Shown: in pieces, positions 1-11,000 of the stretch
How the letters are laid out: the number at the start of each line of letters is the position of its first letter
Position numbering within the stretch: the first letter of the stretch is position 1
Assembly (NCBI GenBank): GCA_964485485.1
Contig: CAZAJW010000328.1
Coordinates: 1 to 55,499 of the forward strand
Source: an uncultured Atribacterota bacterium
GTDB lineage: Bacteria; Atribacterota; Phoenicimicrobiia; Phoenicimicrobiales; Stramentimicrobiaceae
Direction: 5' to 3'
Length of the DNA stretch: 55,499 nucleotides
Made by a program: the position numbers and the translations under genes
The notes under the pieces: generated by a model
The model's input: the letters and a program-made list of their open reading frames with translations, nothing else
What the model was told of the DNA's origin: nothing
Database searches by the model: none

Positions 1-233
1 CGTAATTCTTTTTTGCCCATACTGTTGGTATAATGGGTATCGCCTTGTTTAATAGCATTAATTACTGCATCTTTGATTGGTTGGGGTGTTTCAAAATCAG
101 GTTCTCCAACCTCCAAGTGGATAATATTCCGTCCTTCTTTTTCTAATTGTTGAGCTTTTTCCATAACATCCATGGCAATAAAGGGAGAAATAGAAGAAGC
201 CTTTCGAGTTACCTGAAAATTATATCCTTTCAT
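1..233 (-). CDS. Class I/II PLP-dependent aminotransferase, N-terminal fragment (continues past window edge)
   Basis: Reverse-strand translation from ATG (complement of 231-233) gives MKGYNFQVTRKASSISPFIAMDVMEKAQQLEKEGRNIIHLEVGEPDFETPQPIKDAVINAIKQGDTHYTNSMGKKEL. The HLxxGEPDFxTP pattern is a typical aminotransferase N-terminus. It is absent from the ORF track because it is truncated. Confidence 0.7.
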   Translation of the reverse strand, partial: MKGYNFQVTRKASSISPFIAMDVMEKAQQLEKEGRNIIHLEVGEPDFETPQPIKDAVINAIKQGDTHYTNSMGKKEL

Positions 234-390
234 ATATATCACCTTTCTTAAAACCAAACTCTTTTGTTCAGCCATTTATTATTATATAACTTTTATATTG
301 TAATACATTTTCTTACAATACTAAAGTAATATTTGAAATGATATAGAATAAAGTTAGCAATTATTAAATATCGCAATTAAGATTAGAATG

Positions 391-631
391 ATTTATTTAA
401 CCCAAAAATTACCTTTTGAAAGGATAGTAATGGTTAAAAAAATGGTTTTATCATAAAAAGACCAAGTAAGATATTTGATAAATTTTCACCTGAAGTCCAA
501 AGCAGGTAGTTCTATTATTTAGAAAGATTTAGTTAAAAAATAAAAAAAGCGGAACAAAAAGTAACCGAGGAAAGCTAAATCTCTTTAAAAGACTTCTTAA
601 AAATACCTGTTAAGCGGTTGCGATATTTGCT
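391..631 (+). repeat. Intergenic modular repeat, copy A (5' hairpin + A-box + B spacer + C-box)
   Basis: Aligns by eye to copies at 43621-43863 and 48581-48773. Shared blocks are TGGTTTTAYCATAAAAAGA, TGAYAAATTTTCACCTGAAGTCC, CGGAASAAAAAGT and the C-box AGCTAAAnCTCTTTAAAAG..TTCTTAA..ACC..GCGGTTGCGATATTTGCT. Confidence 0.75.
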
Positions 632-1003
632 TTGGTAAACCTCATGAAAAAAATTCAACATTTTTTAGCTCAATTATCTTTTTTAAAAATGAAAGGACTT
701 TTCTTTTTACCACTGGTGGTCTCTAAAATTTTACTATCTTCAAAAGATTAGAGGGCGAATAGAATACAGGAGATTGCATTTAATTGACTGTAATTTCTGC
801 AAAGGGTTTGATAATTATGGTCATTTAAAGTTTTTTGGAGATATCACTAAAGGACATCCTGAATTAAAAGATTTATATAAAACAAAAAAATTTGCTAATA
901 ACTTAGTAAATAGGTTATAATTGATGGCTAAAATTTTTATACAAATAAGCGCTAAAATTATTTTAATAAGATAATTGGATAAGCTTATGAAAGGAGATAA
1001 TAT

Positions 1004-2668
1004 ATGAAAATAAGTTTTCTGGGTGCAAATCGCTTAGTATCAGGTTCTTGTTACCTAATCCAGACAAAATATAAAAAATTCTTGCTTGATTGCGGTTTAT
1101 TCCGAGGTAATGAATTAACTACCCGTTTAAATTATGCCCCTTTTTCTTTCCGACCGGAAGAAATTGATTTTATAATTTTAACACATGCTCATATAGATCA
1201 TTCTGGCAGAATTCCTCAGCTTTATAAAGAGGGATTTCAAGGCCATGTATATTGTACTAAACCCACAATGGAATTATGTTCAGTAATGCTACCTGACAGT
1301 GGACAAATTCAGGAAGAGGATGCCGAGGAAGAAAATCAAAGGAGACTCAGGTCAGGAGAATCTTTTATAGAGCCATTATATGGTATAGAAGATGCCCTGG
1401 ATGCTCTTTTGCTATTTCGAGCAGTGCCATATCAGTATAAGGTTAGGATCGATGAGAACATTAGTTTTCGTTTCCAGGATGCCGGACATGTTCTTGGTTC
1501 TTCATCTGTTGAGCTGTGGATTCGGGAGGAAGGGAAAGAGTGCAAGTGGCTATTTTCAGGAGATATAGGAAGGAAAAATAAGCCTTTCCTGCGAAACCCA
1601 CAACGAATTAAGGATGCTGATTATGTAGTAATAGAATCGACTTATGGGGCAAGGAAACACCGACCTTATCGGAAAGAAGTTAAAAAGTTTTTTTCCATCA
1701 TTGACAAAACGTTAAAAAGGGGTGGGGATGTTATTATACCTGCTTTCGCTTTGCAAAGGTCGCAGGATATTATATATGAGTTGACCCAGTATTATAATCT
1801 ACAGGTTAGGCCACTGAAGGGTAAGGATAAAAGATTAAAAAAATTAAGATTTTATTTGGATAGTCCATTGGCAATTGCGGCAACTAAAATATATCGTAAT
1901 AATCCACAAGATTTTGCTCGTAAGAATTTGAAAATTATGGAGAAAAGCAATCAACTACTTGATTTTCAGCCTTTAAGATTGACCCGCACAAGTAAGGCTT
2001 CCAGGAGGATTAGCCGTTCTAAAAGAAGTAAAATAATTATATCAGCCAGTGGTATGTGCGAAGGAGGTCGTATCCAATACCATTTAAGGGACCATATTTG
2101 GAAAGAGAAATCGTCTATCATTTTTGTAGGCTATCAAGCTGAAGGGACATTGGGTAGGAAAATTGTAAGTGGGGAGAAAAGTTTAGATATTATGGAAGAG
2201 ATGGTTGACATTAAAGCAGAGATTTATCATCTTGACGGATTTTCTTCTCATGCTGACCAAGATGAACTGCTTTGGTGGTTAAAAGGGCTGAAGGAAAAGC
2301 CTAAAAAACTATTTATTGTTCATGGAGAAAAGCATGAATCTGAATCATTGGCAGAATGTGTTAAACAGAATTTAGCTTTTGATACCCAAATACCTGCCAT
2401 CGGAGAAACATTTCTAATTCAGGATAATAAGATTATCAACCAGGGATTAATTAAAGATGTTAACAAGGAGAGTCAATTAGATGAAATTGTACGAGACATT
2501 AGTAAAATAAGAAGGAAGTTTTGTCTGCTATTGGCTGATATGGAATTTTCAGGTGTAGAGCTTGACAAGGAAACATTGTGTTATAAAGTCAAAGATCAAC
2601 TGGAACAGTTGCAGCATGATATTAGAAAAGTTAAGAGATTAATCAAAGAAAATGAATTAGAAGTTTAA
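1004..2668 (+). CDS. Beta-CASP family MBL-fold nuclease (RNA-metabolising metallo-beta-lactamase)
   Basis: Motifs HAHIDHSG (HxHxDH), GDIG, ESTYG, SSHAD and VHGE occur in beta-CASP order. RBS AAAGGAG lies upstream of the ATG. The last ~90 aa look like a charged helical extension. Confidence 0.8.
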   Translation: MKISFLGANRLVSGSCYLIQTKYKKFLLDCGLFRGNELTTRLNYAPFSFRPEEIDFIILTHAHIDHSGRIPQLYKEGFQGHVYCTKPTMELCSVMLPDSGQIQEEDAEEENQRRLRSGESFIEPLYGIEDALDALLLFRAVPYQYKVRIDENISFRFQDAGHVLGSSSVELWIREEGKECKWLFSGDIGRKNKPFLRNPQRIKDADYVVIESTYGARKHRPYRKEVKKFFSIIDKTLKRGGDVIIPAFALQRSQDIIYELTQYYNLQVRPLKGKDKRLKKLRFYLDSPLAIAATKIYRNNPQDFARKNLKIMEKSNQLLDFQPLRLTRTSKASRRISRSKRSKIIISASGMCEGGRIQYHLRDHIWKEKSSIIFVGYQAEGTLGRKIVSGEKSLDIMEEMVDIKAEIYHLDGFSSHADQDELLWWLKGLKEKPKKLFIVHGEKHESESLAECVKQNLAFDTQIPAIGETFLIQDNKIINQGLIKDVNKESQLDEIVRDISKIRRKFCLLLADMEFSGVELDKETLCYKVKDQLEQLQHDIRKVKRLIKENELEV

Positions 2669-2730
2669 GCAAAAGAATTACTATAATATAAACACTTAAC
2701 AGAAGAAAATGTTTACCAGGGATTGTTTTA

Positions 2731-4545
2731 ATGAAAAATATCACTGAAGCTAATAATCAAATATTATCAAGAGATAAAATTCCGGAGAAGTATCGCTGGG
2801 ATATTGAATCTCTTTATTTCAGTATAAAGGATTGGGAAAAAGATTGTCAGAAAGCCGAGCAGCTGAGGAGTAGATTAGTAGAACAAAAAGAAAAATTTAC
2901 CAAAGACGCCAGCTCTTTCTTACAATGTTTACAATTAAAAGATGAAATTTCTGAATTGATACAAAAAATATATACTTATGCCAATATGCGCAAAGATGAA
3001 GATAATCGCAATGATGACCACCAATCAATATATTATAAGGCTTCGAGTTTGCTGGTTAGAATTCAAGATAGCCTGTCATTTATCCAACCAGGTATCTTGT
3101 CTTTGGATATTAACACGCTAAAAAAATGGATGAATGAAATTAATTCATTAAAAGATTATCAGCATTATTTAGAAGGTATTTATCGGAAAAAAGATCATAT
3201 TCTTTCTCCGGATGAAGAGAAAATTGTTGCCCAAGCCGGAGAAATGGCCATGGTTCCCGAAAACACCTTTGGCATGTTAAGTAATGCTGATCTGAAATTC
3301 CCCGAAATAAAGAACGAAGAAGGAAAGTTTGTTTCTATCAGTCAAGGAAATTTTATTACTTTCTTGAGAAACAGAGATAGAAAATTTCGTAAGAATGTCT
3401 TCAAAAAATATTATAAGCCATACAAAGAGCACCGTCATACATTTGCTGCCTTGTTAGCTGGTAATTTAAAAAAAGACCACTTTTTCAGTAATACCCGAAA
3501 ATATAATAATAGCCTTGAATCTGCATTATTTGAAGATAATATTCCGGTCACTGTTTATGAGAATTTGCTGAGTATTGTACATAAAAATATAGGTTTATTG
3601 CATAAATATATTCAGCTAAAGGAAGATTTTTTAAATCTTAAACCATTTCACATGTATGATATGTATGTACCAATATCTGAAAAAACAATTAAAATTAACT
3701 ACTCCAAGGCACAGGATATTATAATAAACAGTCTTGCTCCTTTAGGGAAATCATACCAATCAGTACTCAAGAGAGGTTTTGAGGAAAGATGGATTGATGT
3801 ATATGAGAATAAAGGAAAAACAAGCGGGGCTTATTCTACCGGGAGTTATCAGAGCAAGCCTTTTATTTTGTTGAATTATCAGGGAACAATGGAGGATGTT
3901 TATACATTAGCACATGAATTAGGCCATTCTCTTCACAGTTATTATACAAATAAGTCCCAACCTTACATCTATAGCAGTTATCCCATTTTTTTAGCAGAAA
4001 TTGCTTCTACAACTAATGAAACCTTATTAACAAATTATCTACTTGGTAATGCTGAGAATGAGAAAGATAAACTTCTTATATTAAACCATTTTTTAGAGCA
4101 ATTTCGGACCACATTGTTCAGACAGACCCTGTTTGCCGAATTTGAAAAGATTATCCATGAATATGAAGAAAAAGGTGGTTCCCTTACGGCAGAATGGTGT
4201 TCTTATCAATATTCTGAATTACTTCGCTATTATTATGGAAAAAATGTTATAATTGATAACGAAATAAATATGGAATGGGCACGAATACCTCATTTCTATT
4301 ACAATTATTATGTTTACCAATATGCTACAGGATTTGCTGCAGCTATTGGTTTTTCCCATAGGATTATAGAGGAAGGAAAGCCGGCAGTAAAAGAATATCT
4401 TGAATTTCTAAGTAAAGGAAATTCAGATTATCCGATAACTATTTTAAAACAAGCTGGAATTGATATGACTACCCCTAATTCCTTAATGGAGGCTATGAAG
4501 TTATTTTCTGAATTGTTAAACCAGCTAGAGAGCCTAAAGAAATAA
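2731..4545 (+). CDS. pepF: Oligoendopeptidase F (M3B metallopeptidase)
   Basis: 604 aa with the HELGHSLH zinc motif and a PepF-like layout. Confidence 0.88.
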   Translation: MKNITEANNQILSRDKIPEKYRWDIESLYFSIKDWEKDCQKAEQLRSRLVEQKEKFTKDASSFLQCLQLKDEISELIQKIYTYANMRKDEDNRNDDHQSIYYKASSLLVRIQDSLSFIQPGILSLDINTLKKWMNEINSLKDYQHYLEGIYRKKDHILSPDEEKIVAQAGEMAMVPENTFGMLSNADLKFPEIKNEEGKFVSISQGNFITFLRNRDRKFRKNVFKKYYKPYKEHRHTFAALLAGNLKKDHFFSNTRKYNNSLESALFEDNIPVTVYENLLSIVHKNIGLLHKYIQLKEDFLNLKPFHMYDMYVPISEKTIKINYSKAQDIIINSLAPLGKSYQSVLKRGFEERWIDVYENKGKTSGAYSTGSYQSKPFILLNYQGTMEDVYTLAHELGHSLHSYYTNKSQPYIYSSYPIFLAEIASTTNETLLTNYLLGNAENEKDKLLILNHFLEQFRTTLFRQTLFAEFEKIIHEYEEKGGSLTAEWCSYQYSELLRYYYGKNVIIDNEINMEWARIPHFYYNYYVYQYATGFAAAIGFSHRIIEEGKPAVKEYLEFLSKGNSDYPITILKQAGIDMTTPNSLMEAMKLFSELLNQLESLKK

Positions 4546-4566
4546 AATAGTCTGGAGTTACGCTTT

Positions 4567-5286
4567 ATGACTAAGAAAAACACTAAACTTCTGTTATTCA
4601 TATTGTTGATATCTTTTCTTGTTTTTACCTTAGCTGGCTGTTGGAGTACGGGAGAGCATACTGAAGAAACATATAGCATTGAATTAGAAGATGCTGAAAA
4701 AGTTAATACCACGGTTGTAATTTACAAAGGTGATCTCTATATTTCAGGGGGGAAACAACAGTTGCTATTAATCGCGGATTTTGATTATAATTTAAATCAA
4801 TGGGTTCCACAGGTGAGCTATAGCACAGAAAACAATGAAGGTAAATTAAAAATAAAGCAAGAAGAGAAAGAAAAGGGGTTGCTTGATTCTGTTGAAAATA
4901 AATGGTCCTTGATATTTAATCAGACAGTTCCGCTGGAATTAGACATAGTTATGGGTAGTGGAGATAATCATTTGGATTTAAGTTCTATTAATTTAATTGA
5001 TTTAAAGGCTGTGGTTGGGACAGGAAATACTATACTTGATTTAACAGGGAATTATCAGGAAAATATGCAGATTTATTTAGTAGGAGGTGTTGGACATACT
5101 ACTATTAATCTTCCGGAAGATATTGGAGTCCGCCTTTGGATTAAGGATGGTTTAAATAGAATCAGCTGTGATGGTTTTAGGCGATTTGGCAACTTTTATT
5201 TCAATTCGGTCTTTGATTTTTCGGAAAGGAAAATCTATATTACCTTATTTTCTGGTTTAGGCACAATTGATATCAATCTAATATAA
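4567..5286 (+). CDS. Putative lipoprotein, function unknown
   Basis: N-terminal signal sequence with lipobox FTLAGC. The repetitive beta-rich C-terminal half (DLxxxNL-type repeats) suggests a toast-rack or adhesin-like fold. Confidence 0.55.
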   Translation: MTKKNTKLLLFILLISFLVFTLAGCWSTGEHTEETYSIELEDAEKVNTTVVIYKGDLYISGGKQQLLLIADFDYNLNQWVPQVSYSTENNEGKLKIKQEEKEKGLLDSVENKWSLIFNQTVPLELDIVMGSGDNHLDLSSINLIDLKAVVGTGNTILDLTGNYQENMQIYLVGGVGHTTINLPEDIGVRLWIKDGLNRISCDGFRRFGNFYFNSVFDFSERKIYITLFSGLGTIDINLI

Positions 5287-5349
5287 TTAAAAAATAAATT
5301 TTATTTTTATAATGTTTGGTTAATATAAAATATCTGGAGGTATATAAAA

Positions 5350-5952
5350 ATGCAAAAAACAGTTAGAATATTGGCTGTATTTCTATTGTTTTTTATTCTA
5401 CCTTCCTATTCTGTTTTCAGTATATCGGAAATAGAAATAGAAGATGAAAAAGAAATACAAACAGGGTGGTCTTCAGTAGATGACATTTTTAGTAAAAAGG
5501 AAATCAATCAATTAGTAATAAAACCAAATACTGGACCGATTAAAATTGGTTTTACTGTAAAAGAGGTTAGAGAAGTTATGGGGGTACCTGATAGTATAGA
5601 TGAAGAAGGTCATATATATTATTATCGACAATCTCCCATATTTTTTGATAATGAATGGAAGGTACAATCCTGGGATAATCGCTATGGAAATATAGATGTT
5701 CTGAAGGAAGCCGTAAAAATAGCTCCAGGTTCACATGTATCTGAAGTTTTCAAAGAAAAGGGTTTTCCGATTAGAATTACAAAAAATGGTTATAGTTACC
5801 AATTAGAATATCCCAATGAAATTATTTACGTTAGCAATAGATGGAATATGGAAGCAATTCAATACAGAAATATTGTAGAATACAAACAGGACAGGGCTAA
5901 TATGGAGATTGAAGAATTTTTAGAAGAATTTAATAACTATTTGAAAAAATAA
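5350..5952 (+). CDS. Secreted hypothetical protein
   Basis: Strong RBS GGAGG. N-terminal hydrophobic signal MQKTVRILAVFLLFFILPSYSVFS. No motif recognised. Confidence 0.55.
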   Translation: MQKTVRILAVFLLFFILPSYSVFSISEIEIEDEKEIQTGWSSVDDIFSKKEINQLVIKPNTGPIKIGFTVKEVREVMGVPDSIDEEGHIYYYRQSPIFFDNEWKVQSWDNRYGNIDVLKEAVKIAPGSHVSEVFKEKGFPIRITKNGYSYQLEYPNEIIYVSNRWNMEAIQYRNIVEYKQDRANMEIEEFLEEFNNYLKK

Positions 5953-6045
5953 TGTAGGACAATAAGCTTATCGGTAGTTAGCTGTTGCTTAATAATTTAG
6001 GATAACGGTATTGGATGAACAAATATATGAAAAGACTATATTGTA

Positions 6046-7620
6046 TTAGATAACTTTTAAGCCTGTAAAATTCAGTTTTGCAGTATTATTTTGATTGTTG
6101 CGAACTATCTTCATTGCTTCAGGCAGGAAATCCATTATATCATTAGCGGTTATGCCATCTTCTCCCATTTTTTTGGCTGCCAGGTCTCCTGCAAATCCAT
6201 GAACTAACACACCCTGTCTGGCCGCAGATTCAATGGGTAAGCCTAAAGCAAACATTGCTGCTATCGCTCCGGTTAGAACATCCCCTGAACCGGCAGATGC
6301 CATTCCACTGTTTCCGGTCATATTAATATAGATATTACCATCAGGCAATCCTATTATTGAATGAGCGCCTTTTAAAATAATAATAGCATTAAATTCTTGA
6401 GCAGCCTCTTGAATCATATTAATTGAGTTCTCTTTTATTTTAGCAATAGGCTGTTTCATTAAACGTGACATTTCTCCCGGATGAGGAGTTAATATAGTAG
6501 GTTGCTGACGTAATTTTAAAATAGACAGATCATTGCTTAGGGCAGTTAGTCCATCTCCATCAATCAATATTGGCTTATCGATTTTCGCTAACAATTTCCT
6601 AACTAACTCTTGTGTTTCCTCTTGTATAGATAAGCCAGGCCCGATAATAACAATATCCATTTTATTTGAACATTCCAGTAGTTCCTGAAAATTGTCTAAC
6701 CCAATAGATCCGGACATAGTTTCTCTTTGAGGGAGAAAGACTACTTCACTTGCCCTGGAGCTGATATACGGAATAATGGAAGCAGGAGCCGCTAACCTGG
6801 AATAACCACCACCTGTTTTTAAAAAAGAGAATGATGAGAAATAAGGTGCACCATAGTAATTTTGGGCTCCGGATATAAATAAAGCATTTCCGAAAGTTCC
6901 CTTGTGTCCCTCTTTCGGTCGATTAGGAATTGTAAGTGGGGTATTGATTTGTATATTTATATTTTTTTTATTATACAACTCTGGCGGAAAAGAAATATGA
7001 GAAACGTAAAGATTTCCAGCATAATCATAGCCCGGGTAGAGTATGTTGCCTATTTTAGGAAGGCCGAAGGTTACTGTGTAATCTGCATATACAGCGATAC
7101 CATTAACTTTACCACTATTTCCGTCGATTCCTGAAGGAATATCAATGCTAATCACCTGATTGTTCTTTTGATTTATAAGCTGAATAGTCTCGAAATAATA
7201 TCCCTCGATATCCCGGGTAAGACCAGTACCAAAAATAGCATCGATAATAATGTTTTCCGGTTTTATTGATGTTGCTATTTCTTTAATTGTAGGCATAATC
7301 ATTACCGGTAAATTAAGTTTTTGAATAATTTGCCAGTTTTTTAGGGCAGCATTTTGATATTTTTCCGGGTTGCCTAGAATACATAATTTGATATTTGCAC
7401 CATTGGAAAATAATTTTCTCGCAACTACCAGTCCATCTCCGCCATTATTGCCGACTCCGCAGAAAATTAAGAAATGACTATCATTTATTTTAAAATTTTT
7501 TTCGATTACCTGATAGGTTGCCAATCCTGCATTTTCCATCAAAAGTTCATCACTAATTCCATATTTTTCCATAGCTTCCAGGTCCATGTGCTGCATTTCT
7601 TTTACCCGGCTAATTTTCAT
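6046..7620 (-). CDS. nnr: Bifunctional NAD(P)H-hydrate repair enzyme (epimerase + ADP-dependent dehydratase)
   Basis: YjeF N-terminal motif CGVGNNGGDG and C-terminal carbohydrate-kinase motif GSGDVLTG. 524 aa. Confidence 0.9.
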   Translation of the reverse strand: MKISRVKEMQHMDLEAMEKYGISDELLMENAGLATYQVIEKNFKINDSHFLIFCGVGNNGGDGLVVARKLFSNGANIKLCILGNPEKYQNAALKNWQIIQKLNLPVMIMPTIKEIATSIKPENIIIDAIFGTGLTRDIEGYYFETIQLINQKNNQVISIDIPSGIDGNSGKVNGIAVYADYTVTFGLPKIGNILYPGYDYAGNLYVSHISFPPELYNKKNINIQINTPLTIPNRPKEGHKGTFGNALFISGAQNYYGAPYFSSFSFLKTGGGYSRLAAPASIIPYISSRASEVVFLPQRETMSGSIGLDNFQELLECSNKMDIVIIGPGLSIQEETQELVRKLLAKIDKPILIDGDGLTALSNDLSILKLRQQPTILTPHPGEMSRLMKQPIAKIKENSINMIQEAAQEFNAIIILKGAHSIIGLPDGNIYINMTGNSGMASAGSGDVLTGAIAAMFALGLPIESAARQGVLVHGFAGDLAAKKMGEDGITANDIMDFLPEAMKIVRNNQNNTAKLNFTGLKVI

Positions 7621-8040
7621 TAATTATATCCCCTTGCTTAATAAAAAATTAAATTATTATCTTGAATAAACTTAACAATTTTCCTTATTTAAATACAATA
7701 TAATATCCTGGTATTTGCGACATTAGTTTGGTATAAACAAATAATGAATCTCTATAACTTGAAATATTAGCAATAATTTTAAATATAAATATCCAGCTAA
7801 ATTATTTTATATTAAGCTGAAAAAATTTACAACTTTTATATGAATAGAGAAAGCCAATAATGGCCTTACTATTAAAATAGTATAGGTAAGTTGGTTAAAT
7901 CATTAATATATATTTATTTATACTCTTTAAAATATTATCCATTCATGTTTATAATGTATATATAAATATGGGAATAGTATAATTGGTTTACTGGCATAAG
8001 GATACTAAAATATGCTATAAATAAAATAATATATAAGGTA

Positions 8041-11000
8041 ATGAGGAAAAGCATGGTAGTACAAAACCAAGAATTCGATATAAGGGTAATTACTGATAAG
8101 CTGTTTCAGGAATTAACCAGGATTGATGTTTTACAGAGGTATCAGTTAGACGTTGGAGATATTAAGGCAATAGAAAGAAATTCTACATTTAAGAACAGCT
8201 TATCTGTGATGGTAAATAAAAGAAAATTCACTGCAGCACAAACAATGGAATTATACTTGGATAGATTTCAGTCTAATGATAAATCGGTAAGTAAAGAGCA
8301 ATGGTTAAAGCAAATTTATAATTTTTGTCAGTATTTATCCTTTCCAGATACCCGGCCGGAATTAAAAGATTTACCATTGAGCAAAAAAAAGTTATTTTTT
8401 ATGTTCTTATTGACCTATCGTCAAATAATTGCTTTAAAGCAACAATATGGTGAAACGGATCCTTTTTTGCAACAATACCCTCTTTCTTTTCTGTCTTCCA
8501 AGGAGATTGGATTGTTGGAGCAACCGGAAGAATACCGGCGTTTTTTAAATGCTTTTGATACACTATTTGTCTATGAAATGATGGCTTTAAGTAAAGAAAT
8601 ATATCAATATACTACACTGGACCATATTTGTGGTGTTCATGCATTGGCTTTAAGCATTGCCAGACAGGTACAAAAACAAGGATTTTCTCTTGATTTGGGA
8701 ATTGTATCCGGATCTGCTGCCGGTCATGATGTGGGCAAATATGGTTGTCGAGGAAGTGAACAAAAAAGGGTTCCTTATCTTCACTATTATTATACCGATA
8801 TATGGTTTCAGCAGCAGAATATTCCTTACATTGGTCATATTGCTGTCAATCATTCGGTATGGGATTTAGAGTTGGAAAATCTTTCCCTGGAAGCGCTAAT
8901 TCTTATTTATTCCGATTTCAGGGTTAAGAATAAGCTAAATTCTAATGAAATGAGCATCTATAGCTTACAAAAATCCTTTCGGGTTATCTTAAACAAATTA
9001 GATAACGTAGATGAAAATAAGGAAAAAAGATATCGTAAGGTATTTGCTAAACTTAAGAATTTTGAGGATTTTTTGATAGAGAAAGGAGTGAATGTAGACC
9101 TTATATTATCGCCTGAAAAGAAATATCATCCACAAAGCAAAAAACAATTGTTTTTTGCTTTGCTTCATGGGGATGAAGTAATTCAACAAATTAAGTATCT
9201 ATCTTTGGAACACAGTTTTGTACTGATGTTTCAGTTGCGTAACGAATCCTCTATAAATTCAATACTTGAATCAGCCCGCAGTGAAGGTGATTGGCAAAAT
9301 CTTCAGGAATATCTAAGAATATTTGCAGAATATGCAAGTTATCTTAATCAGAATGAAAAAATTCTTACATTAAAATATTTATATGAACAGCTGATTTTTC
9401 CAGAAGAAGGAATCAGAAGAAGAAGTGCTAAACTAATTGGATACTTAATTGCTACCTTTGATGAAAAGTACCGAAAAGAGATACCAGTTGATGTGTTTAT
9501 AGAACCGTCAAAAGTAAAAAGTGCTGATTTGCTGGAAAAATATATCCAATTGTTTATAGAACCTACCCATAAAACTTCAGAACTCAATCAATGCAGGGTC
9601 AGAGAAAATTTGCCTTTTATTTTTGATGCTTTATTTAAAAATAGCCAGGGTCGACAGATAGAGCAATATCTCCAGATAATTAAAAATTATTACCGGAAAT
9701 ACAACTATGATAATGTTCCTAAAATCATTGCTATTTATTTGTTACAGGCATTAAAAAGTGTTTCCATTCTCCCAAAACAGGATATAGATCCGGTTTTTGC
9801 GAATTTTTTAATTCGATTTATTCAGCATGATGAGGAAACATTGCGAATTACCGCACTGGATGTTACCGAGGATGTCTTGAATAAAATACCGGAAAAAGAT
9901 CCTTTTAAGGAGAGTTGTAAATTAATTTTAAACAAAATAGTAGAATGTTCTTTGATTCCTGCTGAGAACTATCTCCGATATGAAATAAGCAAAAAAATTA
10001 AAGCAAGAAATATTTTAATCAACCGTCTTCAAAAATATTGCCTCCAAGATGTAGAAAAAATTGATAGGATGTATTTAAATAATCTAAAATCATCTACTGA
10101 TGCTATTATTAAAAAAGTTCAAATTGATATGTTGACAGAAAGAGCTAAATCGAATCATAAAGAAGCTGTTTACACTGCCTTACATTTCTGTAATATTTTA
10201 AAAGTTAGCAGTCATGAGTCGATTCGTAATTATGCTGGCCGATCCCTCATTAAGGTTATTCCCTATCTGAATGTTGAACAGAAGAACGATATCTCAATTG
10301 AGCTTCTAAAAGCATTAGAGATAGATGATTATCAATACACAAAATATATTCCATATTATTTAGGACAATCTATTCCTTTCCTGCCTCCCCGTGAAATAGA
10401 TGAATTTATAGATGATTTGGAACAAAAAATAAAAATAGCAGATCAATGGACCTGTACCTTGCTAATTCGTACATTGGCAGTAGCTATAAGCCGTTATGCA
10501 GCATACCGAGCTAGATATAAAGAGGACCAAATTATTTTTAAAAAGAGATTAGCTAGAATGCTGGGAATATTGATGAATGGTTTGGCACATCATGACCCAC
10601 TTGTAAAACGAGTAACTTCAAGGGTTATCGGTAAAGAAATATTTGCTTCGAGTCATCTTACCCTTAGGGAAAAGGAGAATATTTTTCGGCTTATTGCTAA
10701 AAAATTGCTCAATTTGACTACACCGATTTCCCAACACGACACATTATTATTTTTTAGCAATTCGGTAGCGCTGCATCAACTGTATGTATTTATTTCTGAT
10801 TATTATTTTTACGAAGGGGAGATAAAACTTCAAGTCCCCGAATCCATTGCTTTTTTCCCGGGTTCTTTTGATCCATTTTCCTTAAGTCATAAAGAAATAG
10901 TAAGGGAAATTGAGAAGATGGGGATGGAAGTATATTTGTCAGTTGATGAATTTTCCTGGTCCAAGCGAACCCAACCACATCTTTACCGAAAAAATCTGAT

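Noticed and set aside
644-751. 35-codon ORF (MKKIQHFLAQLSFLKMKGLFFLPLVVSKILLSSKD) immediately after repeat copy A
   Set aside because: It has no Shine-Dalgarno sequence, and nothing comparable follows the other copies.
4428-4712. 94-aa minus-strand ORF across the pepF/lipoprotein junction
   Set aside because: It is antisense to two plus-strand genes and has no RBS.
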